Assembly (NCBI GenBank): GCA_903862505.1
Contig: CAIOYQ010000054.1
Coordinates: 1 to 60,217, forward strand
Direction: 5' to 3'
Origin: an uncultured Bacteroidota bacterium
Lineage (GTDB): Bacteria; Bacteroidota; Bacteroidia; Chitinophagales; Chitinophagaceae
Length of the DNA stretch: 60,217 nt
Of the stretch, positions 50,633 to 59,143 are shown in pieces. Below the pieces are notes generated by a model. That model did no database searches. It was given only the letters and a program-made list of their open reading frames with translations, and was not told the DNA's origin. Position numbers and translations under genes: made by a program. Numbering within the stretch: the stretch's first letter is position 1; every line of letters starts with the position of its first letter.

Positions 50633-52630
50633 ATGTTTCAATACAGGTCCTTTTTATTAGTGGTGATATTGATAATGCTTTTTCAAGGAGAAATGCATGC
50701 ACAGGGATTTGGGCCTAGTATGAATGGTGGACAAAGAATTTCCAACAATCAAACCCCCGATTCTTTAAAGAGAAGAGACAAGAATGAAGATTCCATTACC
50801 ATTTATTTTAAATACTATAATAATAATCAGATTCTAAAGTTGGACACGAGTATCAACGATTTTTTTGTTCATTATCCTGTCCCCTATACTTCTTTTAATT
50901 TAGGTAATTTAGGTACTGCAACAAAGTCCTATTTGTTTAATGCCAATAAAATTGCAGGATATGATGCAGGGTTTCACTCTTTCGATCCGTATTTATATAC
51001 TTTAGAGGAAACTCCCTTTTATCAAACCACAAGGCCCTTTACCGAGTTTGCTTATTTGTTGGGTGGAAAGGGGGAGCAGTTGGTTGAAATAAAACATACG
51101 CAAAACAAACAACAGCAGCTTAATTACTCTTTTGAATATCGATTTAATAATGCGCCGGGTAATGTAAAAAACCAAAATGCGAATGTCAATAACATGCGCA
51201 TTACAGCACATTATCAATCAAAAAGGAAAAGGTATGAATCCTATTTGGTGATGTTGTTTAATAAAACGGCTTCCTCTGAAAATGGGGGGCTGGTGAATAT
51301 TAATTTATTAGATAGTTTAGCGTTGAATGATCCATATGAATTGGATACCAGACTTGGTATAAGTGGAGCCTCTTTTAGAAATCCATTTAATACTAAAATT
51401 TCAACAGGAACAAATTATAAGCAAAACACAGTCGTTTGGAAAAATTCATATGACTTTGGTCAAAAGGATTCCATTGTAAAAGACACGATAGTTACGCATT
51501 TTTTTTATCCAAGAATACGTTTACAAAACGAGATAAAGCTATTAACCAATGAGTATGCTTTTGGAGATATCAATCCATCCCCCGAAAATTATTTGCAATA
51601 TTTTGGAGCTGTAATAGCCAATAATGACACGGTCAAATATAGTGATACTTGGAAAGTACTCACTAATGAGTTTAGTGTCATTAGCTATCCCGATAAAATG
51701 AATAGTAATCAATTTTTGCAATTGGGTTCGGGCTATACACAAATGACGGCTAGCTATTCCAGTCTGCCAGGTTGGAGTAATTATGATTTGTACGGATTTG
51801 CTGTATATAAAAATAAAACAAAGAACCAATTATGGGATTTGTTGGCTTCTGGTAAATTATATTTAAACGGATTTCATGCTGGGGACTATGATGTGCAGGC
51901 AGCTTTGTCAAGATCGCTAACTTCAAAAGGGACGTATCTAAAACTTTCTTTTCAAAATGTGAATAGAACTCCTTCTTTAAATACATTAGGGTATACCCAA
52001 TTCCCTATTAAAGGGTTGAGTTCCATCAACAAAGAAAATGCGACGATCTTAAATGGGGTACTGGCCAATAAAAAGTTAGGCTGGGAAGCCGCGGTAAGTT
52101 ATCAGATGATCCAAAACTATAACTATTATACGACCGGATTTCAACCCGTTGTCAATGGGAATTTAATGAGTTATTTAAGAGGGCAGGTTGAACACAAAAT
52201 AAAAATTAGTAAACATTGGAATTGGTATGACCAGGTTACCTTGCAATTATTGGATCCCAATGCACCAGTTCATGTGCCATTATTATTAATTAGAGAACGC
52301 GTTGCCTTTGAGGGCAATTTTTTTAAAAACCTAGACCTTTCAACAGGCTTAGAATTAATTTATCATACCAATTATAAGGCAGATGGCTATATGCCATTTA
52401 CGAGTCAATTTTATTACCAGAATAATTATACCACTCAAAATAGGCCTACTGCCAATGCTTTTTTACACTTTATGATTAAGCGTTTTAAAGGGTATATACG
52501 ATTAGAAAACTTAAATACCTTATTGCCTACCAACAAAACATTTGGCAAGTCCTTAAATTTTACGACTCAAAACTACCCCTCAACAGGGATGTGGTTTAGG
52601 GTAGGGATATGGTGGAATTTCATTAACTAG
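50633..52630 (+). CDS. Putative outer-membrane porin / beta-barrel (Bacteroidota family)
   Basis: Signal peptide; LGNLG, TTRPFTE, ENGG, C-terminal FRVGIWWNFIN. Confidence 0.7.
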   Translation: MFQYRSFLLVVILIMLFQGEMHAQGFGPSMNGGQRISNNQTPDSLKRRDKNEDSITIYFKYYNNNQILKLDTSINDFFVHYPVPYTSFNLGNLGTATKSYLFNANKIAGYDAGFHSFDPYLYTLEETPFYQTTRPFTEFAYLLGGKGEQLVEIKHTQNKQQQLNYSFEYRFNNAPGNVKNQNANVNNMRITAHYQSKRKRYESYLVMLFNKTASSENGGLVNINLLDSLALNDPYELDTRLGISGASFRNPFNTKISTGTNYKQNTVVWKNSYDFGQKDSIVKDTIVTHFFYPRIRLQNEIKLLTNEYAFGDINPSPENYLQYFGAVIANNDTVKYSDTWKVLTNEFSVISYPDKMNSNQFLQLGSGYTQMTASYSSLPGWSNYDLYGFAVYKNKTKNQLWDLLASGKLYLNGFHAGDYDVQAALSRSLTSKGTYLKLSFQNVNRTPSLNTLGYTQFPIKGLSSINKENATILNGVLANKKLGWEAAVSYQMIQNYNYYTTGFQPVVNGNLMSYLRGQVEHKIKISKHWNWYDQVTLQLLDPNAPVHVPLLLIRERVAFEGNFFKNLDLSTGLELIYHTNYKADGYMPFTSQFYYQNNYTTQNRPTANAFLHFMIKRFKGYIRLENLNTLLPTNKTFGKSLNFTTQNYPSTGMWFRVGIWWNFIN

Positions 52631-52731
52631 TTAAGGCTCAATTCCTTACTGAAATTTCCCTAATCTTCTCTAATAAAATCTTAACTTTACATGGAAAGAC
52701 TAATAATTTTTAAAAAAATAAACATACAACT

Positions 52732-53067
52732 ATGAAAAAGAACTTCATGATGGTTTCTTTGCTTTTAATGATTTGCAATTTTGCATTTGCACAAGCACCT
52801 ACTACTATAAAAGTGTCTGGCAATTGTGGGTCTTGTAAAAAAAGTATTGAAAAAGCTGCTATGGACGCAGGCGCTACTACTGCAAATTGGGACAAGGCTA
52901 AAAAATTACTAGCCTTGACTTTTGATGCAGGAAAGACAAGTACAGATAAGATTGAGACAGCTATTGCAGGCGCTGGGTATGATACTGAAAATAAAGTAGC
53001 AACCGAAGAAGCCTATAAAAAACTAGAGGAATGTTGCCAATACGATCGTAAGAAGAAAAAGAAGTAA
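52732..53067 (+). CDS. Exported heavy-metal-associated (HMA) domain protein
   Basis: Signal peptide; VSGNCGSCKKSIE, AGYD, C-terminal LEECCQY. Confidence 0.9.
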   Translation: MKKNFMMVSLLLMICNFAFAQAPTTIKVSGNCGSCKKSIEKAAMDAGATTANWDKAKKLLALTFDAGKTSTDKIETAIAGAGYDTENKVATEEAYKKLEECCQYDRKKKKK

Positions 53068-53070
53068 TCC

Positions 53071-53119
53071 TTAAGCAATAAAAAAACCCTCCTTAAAAGA
53101 GGGTTTTTTTATTGCTTAA
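53071..53119. terminator. Bidirectional-type intrinsic terminator, perfect 21-bp inverted repeat
   Basis: TTAAGCAATAAAAAAACCCTC-cttaaaa-GAGGGTTTTTTTATTGCTTAA. Confidence 0.9.
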
Positions 53120-53161
53120 AATTGATGCGTATTAAAGCATTAAAAATGGTAACTTTATAGT

Positions 53162-53548
53162 GTGAAAAAAGCCATCGTCATATTTCTTAGCTCCTTGTAT
53201 TTATTGGGTGCAACGGAAGCATATCAATTGCTAAAAGTGCCTAATTTATTTGAGCATTACAAAACGCATCAGCAATTTGAAAGTGGCTTAAGTTTTTCGA
53301 AGTTTATTCACATGCATTATTTTCAGACACAAACTTTTGACAGCGATTATCAACAGGATATGGAATTGCCATTCAAGTCGTCTAACCGCACTGTTTCTTT
53401 GTTAAATTTTGTAACATTATTTGCACCAAAATTTTCTATATCTACGGCTGTCTTATTTCTAGACCCCAAAGTATATTTGCATTTTGATGATGATAAAAAC
53501 TTGTCCATGAATCATGGCAATATTTTTCAACCTCCGCGAACAGTATAA
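53162..53548 (+). CDS. His-rich small exported/membrane protein ending IFQPPR, upstream of czcA; candidate regulatory leader ORF
   Basis: GTG start; hydrophobic N-terminus; QLLK.P.L.EHY..H, FIHMHY, D..LPFK, IFQPPR. Confidence 0.75.
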   Translation: MKKAIVIFLSSLYLLGATEAYQLLKVPNLFEHYKTHQQFESGLSFSKFIHMHYFQTQTFDSDYQQDMELPFKSSNRTVSLLNFVTLFAPKFSISTAVLFLDPKVYLHFDDDKNLSMNHGNIFQPPRTV

Positions 53549-53612
53549 TTTTTTTCACATTTTTCTTACACAAAGGGTGTAATCTTTTCTTTCATTATTG
53601 AATTTATTATTT

Positions 53613-56600
53613 ATGTTAAATAAAATAATAACCTATTCTATCAAGAATAAGTTAATCATTGGTTTATTTGTGATAGCACTTGTAGGCTGGGGGGTATACG
53701 AGGTTACCAAACTACCTATTGATGCCGTTCCGGATATTACAGACAATCAGGTCCAAGTAATTACGGTTTCCCCTTCCTTAGGGGCCAACGATATTGAGCG
53801 TCTTGTTACATTCCCAATTGAACAAGCTTGTAGTAGTATTCCAGGTACCCAACAAATTAGGAGCTTTTCCCGTTTTGGGTTGTCTTTAATTACTATTGTC
53901 TTTAATGATGACATAGATATTTATTGGGCGAGGCAACAGATAAGTGAAAAACTGCAAAAAGTGCAGCAGGATATTCCTGTGGGTACGGGGAAGCCCGAAT
54001 TAGCTCCTGTTTCCACTGGATTGGGTGAAATTTATCAGTATGTGGTAAGGCCCTTAAAAGGATACGAGGATAAGTATGATGCCATGCAGCTAAGGACTAT
54101 TCAAGACTGGATTGTAAGAAGACAACTTATTGGAACACCTGGTGTGGCAGAAGTTGCCAGTTTTGGTGGAAAATTAAAGCAGTATGAAATAGCGGTAAGA
54201 CAGGAGCAATTAAAAGCGTATGGATTAACCATCACCGATATTTTTGATGCATTAGAAAAAAATAACCAAAATACGGGAGGTGCCTATATTGAAAAAGGTC
54301 CTACGGTTTTATATATTAGAAGTGAAGGGTTAACTACAAATTTAGAGGACATTAATAAAATTGTTGTAAAAGTTTTAGACAATGGCACGCCCTTATTAAT
54401 TAGAGATTTAGCCAAAGTGCAATATGGTTATGCCATTCGTTATGGCGCCATGACCTTTAATGATAAAGGGGAGGTTGCTGGTGCGGTGGTAATGATGCTG
54501 AAAGGAGAAAATGCCTCTGCTGTGGTAAAGCGAGTGAAAGAAAAAGTTACTGAGATACAAAAAATGTTGCCAGAGGGTGTGGTGATCGAACCTTTTTTAG
54601 ATAGAACTAAAATGGTGAATAACGCTATTAAAACAGTGGAGACTAATTTATTGGAAGGCGCCTTAATTGTCATTTTCGTTTTAGTATTTTTTCTTGGAAA
54701 TTTTAGAGCAGGCTTAATCGTATCCTCTGTGATACCCCTTTCCATGTTATTTGCCATTATTTTAATGAATATGTTTGGAGTGGGCGGTAATTTAATGTCC
54801 TTAGGCGCCATAGATTTTGGGCTCATTGTGGATGGTTCCGTCATTGTAGTAGAGGCCATATTGCATAGGTTTGTACATTCTAAACACTTTAGAAACTTGA
54901 TGAGTGTAAATCAGCAAGATATGGATGAGGAGGTAGGGAAGTCAACGGGCGCAATGATTAAGTCGGCTGTGTTTAGTCAAATTATTATTTTAATAGTGTA
55001 TATACCAATTCTTTCCTTACAAGGGATTGAAGGTAAAATGTTTAAACCTATGGCATACAGCATTGCGTTTGCAATTTTAGGTGCATTTATATTATCTATT
55101 ACCTATGTGCCAATGATGGCTGCCTTATGTTTAAATAAGAAGTTGAATCATCAACCCAGTATTGCAGATAGGCTCATGCGTTTTTTAGAAAGAAGGTATC
55201 AACCATTATTAAGTATTGTTTTACAATATCCTAAAACAGTTATTTTATCAACCGTCAGTTTATTTTCCATTTCCGTAATTATTTTATTAAATATGGGCGG
55301 TGAGTTTATACCGCAATTAGAAGAAGGCGATTTTGCAGTAGAAACAAGAGTATTAACCGGAAGTAATTTAAATAATACAATAGAGGCTACCCAGAAAGCG
55401 TCCAAATTATTAATGCAAAATTTTCCAGAAGTGGAAAAAGTGGTCACCAAAATTGGTAGTGCCGAAATTCCTACAGATCCTATGCCTTTTGAAGCAGGGG
55501 ATATGATGGTCATTTTAAAAGATAAAGAAGAATGGGTGTCTGCTTCATCGTTTAGTGAATTAAGTATGAAGATGACTAAGGTGCTGGAACAGGTGCCTGG
55601 CATTACAGTCGGCTTTCAGTTTCCTGTTCAAATGCGTTTTAATGAATTAATGACTGGTGCAAGACAGGACGTTGTTTGTAAAATTTATGGTGAAAATTTA
55701 GATAGCCTTACAAAATATGCGGGTGCATTAAACCAAATTATACAAACTGTGGACGGGGCAGTAAATATTTATGAAGAAAAAGTGACGGGTATGCCGCAGG
55801 TAGTCATAAAATATAATCGAGATGGCATGGCAAAGTATGGGTTGAATGTATCTGATATTAATAAAGTCGTAAACAGTGCATTTGCCGGACAGGTTGCTGG
55901 TCAGGTATATGAAGAAGAAAAGCGATTTGACATGGTGGTAAGATTAGATGGTGATGGTAGAAAAAACATGAGCGACATTGAAAATTTATCCATCACTACT
56001 TCAAAGGGTTTGCCAATTCCTTTGTCCGCAGTAGCCAGTATTAAACAAATAGAAGGGGTGAATCAAATTCAAAGAGAAAATACCAAACGTAGAATTATTG
56101 TTGGATTTAATGTTAATGGCAAAGACGTTCAAACTATTGTAAAAGAATTACAAACTAAGATTAATCAAAATTTACATTTATCAAAGGGCTATACAATTGC
56201 CTATGGAGGTTCATTTGAAAATATGACCGCTGCAAAAGAAAGATTAAGTGTTGTTGTTCCCATTGCCTTATTATTAATTTTCCTATTGCTCTATTTTGCA
56301 TTTGGTTCTGCGAAACAAGGGTTACTCATTTATACAGCTATTCCGCTGTCAGCAATGGGTGGCATATTTGCATTATGGGCTAGGTCCATGCCATTTAGCA
56401 TATCGGCTGGTGTAGGTTTTATTGCTTTATTTGGGGTTGCGGTATTAAATGGAATTTTATTGGTCTCAGAATTCAATCGATTAAAAGCGGAGGGATGGCA
56501 TGATGTAAAACGAATTGTAATTCATGCTACCAAGTCAAAATTACGCGCGGTACTGATGACGGCATTTGTTCCTGCACTCGGGTTTATCCCTATGGCAATT

Positions 56601-57977
56601 AGTACAGGGGCCGGTGGCGAAGTTCAAAAGCCTTTGGCAACGGTTGTAATAGGCGGATTAATTATTTCTACATTATTAACTTTATTTGTATTACCAGTTA
56701 TGTATATTTTATTTGAGAAAGGGGTGGGTCAAGTAAGCAAAGTCAAGGCTAGTTTTGTCCTAATTGGAATATGGTTACTCCTTAGTACAGGTGCCAGCGC
56801 CCAACAAAAAATTAGCTTGACTGCCGCAATGGATTCAGCATTAAAGAATAATGCATTTGGGAAAGTTGCAACCGCACAGGTTGATTATTATCAAGCGTTG
56901 AAAAAAACAAATATTGATATTGAAAAAACAGCCATTGGATTTGGATATGGAAATATAAATAGCTTTAATAGCGACAATCAATATAATATTTCTCAAAGTA
57001 TTCAGTTTCCAACCGTGTTTAAATATCAAGGTGCTGTTAATAAATCTAATTTTGAAATTAGCACCCTCTATAAATTACAAAAGGATGTTGAGTTAAAAAC
57101 ATTAGTCAAGAAGCATTATTACCATTTAGTTTTATTGCAACAAAGAAGCGCTTTGTTAAAAATAGCAGATAGCATCTATTCTTCATTTGTATTTAGGGCA
57201 GTACAAAAATTTAATGCTGGCAATGCTGATATTCTAGAAAAAGTAACTGCCGAAAATCAGTTGACGCAAATTAAAAGCCAGGTGCAGGCAATTAATACGG
57301 GCTATGGCATTGCAATGAATCAATTTAATGATTTACTTAATTGTAGCGTACAATATGAACCCAGTTTTGAAAATAATATTTTGATTTTGACTGCTATGCC
57401 GGACCTGCGCTCATTAGAGCAATCCCCAGCCTTAAGAATTCAGGAAGCCAATATTACTAAATCGGAGCAACAATTAAAGCTTGAGAAAAGTAAATTGAAC
57501 CCAAATTTAAATATGGGCTATAATTCTACTACAATTATTGGTTGGCAAACAACTACTCAAAATAATGAAAGATATTATGGTTCGGATCATCGATTTGGAA
57601 CTTTTAATATTGGATTGTCAGTTCCTTTATTTGCTAGTGCTCAAAAAGCAAGAATCAATGCGGGTAATATTGCTATTTCACAAAATAAACTAGAGAAACA
57701 AGCGGTGAGTCAGCAATTACAAACAAATTTAAAAGATGCCATTTCTATGTATCTGCAAAATAAAAAAGTAGTAGAGGAATATCAGCGAAGTGTGCTACCC
57801 AATACTAAAATATTGATAGAATCCGCCTCTAAAAAGTTGAATGCGGGTGAAATTGGATACTTGGAGTGGGTCATGATAATTAACCAGGCTATTCAAGGCC
57901 AAAATGAATATTTGGGATATGTACAACAGCTTAACGAAGCTGCCATTGAAGTTGAAAAATTAAGTTTAAATAATTAA
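53613..57977 (+). CDS. CusA/CzcA heavy-metal RND efflux pump fused to a C-terminal TolC-like domain
   Basis: LPIDAVPDIT, AIDFGLIVDGSVIVVE, EGKMFKPMA, GFIALFGVAVLNG, R.VLMTA, EVQKPLATVVIGG; about 400 further aa with outer-membrane-efflux features; start moved to ATG at 53613. Confidence 0.93.
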   Translation: MLNKIITYSIKNKLIIGLFVIALVGWGVYEVTKLPIDAVPDITDNQVQVITVSPSLGANDIERLVTFPIEQACSSIPGTQQIRSFSRFGLSLITIVFNDDIDIYWARQQISEKLQKVQQDIPVGTGKPELAPVSTGLGEIYQYVVRPLKGYEDKYDAMQLRTIQDWIVRRQLIGTPGVAEVASFGGKLKQYEIAVRQEQLKAYGLTITDIFDALEKNNQNTGGAYIEKGPTVLYIRSEGLTTNLEDINKIVVKVLDNGTPLLIRDLAKVQYGYAIRYGAMTFNDKGEVAGAVVMMLKGENASAVVKRVKEKVTEIQKMLPEGVVIEPFLDRTKMVNNAIKTVETNLLEGALIVIFVLVFFLGNFRAGLIVSSVIPLSMLFAIILMNMFGVGGNLMSLGAIDFGLIVDGSVIVVEAILHRFVHSKHFRNLMSVNQQDMDEEVGKSTGAMIKSAVFSQIIILIVYIPILSLQGIEGKMFKPMAYSIAFAILGAFILSITYVPMMAALCLNKKLNHQPSIADRLMRFLERRYQPLLSIVLQYPKTVILSTVSLFSISVIILLNMGGEFIPQLEEGDFAVETRVLTGSNLNNTIEATQKASKLLMQNFPEVEKVVTKIGSAEIPTDPMPFEAGDMMVILKDKEEWVSASSFSELSMKMTKVLEQVPGITVGFQFPVQMRFNELMTGARQDVVCKIYGENLDSLTKYAGALNQIIQTVDGAVNIYEEKVTGMPQVVIKYNRDGMAKYGLNVSDINKVVNSAFAGQVAGQVYEEEKRFDMVVRLDGDGRKNMSDIENLSITTSKGLPIPLSAVASIKQIEGVNQIQRENTKRRIIVGFNVNGKDVQTIVKELQTKINQNLHLSKGYTIAYGGSFENMTAAKERLSVVVPIALLLIFLLLYFAFGSAKQGLLIYTAIPLSAMGGIFALWARSMPFSISAGVGFIALFGVAVLNGILLVSEFNRLKAEGWHDVKRIVIHATKSKLRAVLMTAFVPALGFIPMAISTGAGGEVQKPLATVVIGGLIISTLLTLFVLPVMYILFEKGVGQVSKVKASFVLIGIWLLLSTGASAQQKISLTAAMDSALKNNAFGKVATAQVDYYQALKKTNIDIEKTAIGFGYGNINSFNSDNQYNISQSIQFPTVFKYQGAVNKSNFEISTLYKLQKDVELKTLVKKHYYHLVLLQQRSALLKIADSIYSSFVFRAVQKFNAGNADILEKVTAENQLTQIKSQVQAINTGYGIAMNQFNDLLNCSVQYEPSFENNILILTAMPDLRSLEQSPALRIQEANITKSEQQLKLEKSKLNPNLNMGYNSTTIIGWQTTTQNNERYYGSDHRFGTFNIGLSVPLFASAQKARINAGNIAISQNKLEKQAVSQQLQTNLKDAISMYLQNKKVVEEYQRSVLPNTKILIESASKKLNAGEIGYLEWVMIINQAIQGQNEYLGYVQQLNEAAIEVEKLSLNN

Positions 57978-57988
57978 TAATATTAAAT

Positions 57989-59131
57989 ATGAAATACAGT
58001 ACTACAGTTCTATTGTTTGCATGCGTTTATCTTTTTTCTTGTACAGGTAAAAAAGCTACTACAAATGCTAATAACACAGCAACATTAGTGGATTCCGCAA
58101 AAGGGGATTTTGTATCACTAACTGCTGAACAGTTGAAAAATGCCAATTTGGAATTTAGTTTTGTGATGGATACGACTGTCCAAAAATTACTAAAAGTGAA
58201 TGGGCATATGGATGTTCCACCAAGTAATATTGTATCCATAAGTATACCCATGGGAGGATATTTAAAAAAGACCAAATTAATACCCGGATTGCAACTTAAA
58301 AAGGGGGAAGTGATTGCGGTACTTGAAGACCCCTCTTATATTGATTTACAACAAAATTATTTAACTGCATTGAGTAAGTTGGCCTATTTAGAAGCTGATT
58401 ATGTAAGACAAAAAGGATTGAATGAATCCAAGACCGTAAGTGATAAAGTGTATCAAGCAGCAAAGAGTGATTTTGAGACTCAAAAATATTTGACTAAATC
58501 ATTAAGTGAAAAATTGAAACTAATTGGCTTAGATCCCGCTTCGCTAAACGAAGAAAATATTTCAAGATCTATTAATTTTTACGCACCAATAAGTGGTTAT
58601 GTCACTAAAGTGAATGTGAATATTGGGAAATATGTTTCACCAACAGACATTCTTTTTGAAATTGTTGATCCAAGTGATTTGCACCTAAGACTTACAGTTT
58701 TAGATAATGATGCTGCTAGTTTGCAAATTGGTAATTCGGTTAGTTTTTATGCCAATAACAATGTGAATGAAAAGTATATAGCACACATAGCAGTCATTAC
58801 CCCTAATATTACCGAGGAAAGTACAACAGATGTACATTGTCATTTGGTGAATGAAAAAATTAAATTATTCCCAGGCACCTTTGTAAATGCAGAAGTGGCC
58901 ATAAATAATGCGAAAGTAAAAGCTTTGCCAGAAGAGGCTATTGTAAAATGGCAAAACAAGGACTATGTATTTGCCAAAAAAACTGACCTAAGTTATAAAT
59001 TAATACTCGTTGAAACAGGGCTTCAGTCAAAGGGTTATATAGAGATCAAAACGGAATTAGGCAATCAGCAAATTGTTATTAAAAATGCATTTACATTATT
59101 AATGAAATTAAAAAATAGTGTCGAAGAGTAA
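57989..59131 (+). CDS. RND periplasmic adaptor (CzcB/CusB family) lipoprotein
   Basis: Lipobox LFS-C; G...VPP, PMGG, APISGYV..G.YV, L.PG.FV.A. Confidence 0.9.
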   Translation: MKYSTTVLLFACVYLFSCTGKKATTNANNTATLVDSAKGDFVSLTAEQLKNANLEFSFVMDTTVQKLLKVNGHMDVPPSNIVSISIPMGGYLKKTKLIPGLQLKKGEVIAVLEDPSYIDLQQNYLTALSKLAYLEADYVRQKGLNESKTVSDKVYQAAKSDFETQKYLTKSLSEKLKLIGLDPASLNEENISRSINFYAPISGYVTKVNVNIGKYVSPTDILFEIVDPSDLHLRLTVLDNDAASLQIGNSVSFYANNNVNEKYIAHIAVITPNITEESTTDVHCHLVNEKIKLFPGTFVNAEVAINNAKVKALPEEAIVKWQNKDYVFAKKTDLSYKLILVETGLQSKGYIEIKTELGNQQIVIKNAFTLLMKLKNSVEE

Positions 59132-59143
59132 TGAATACATATT

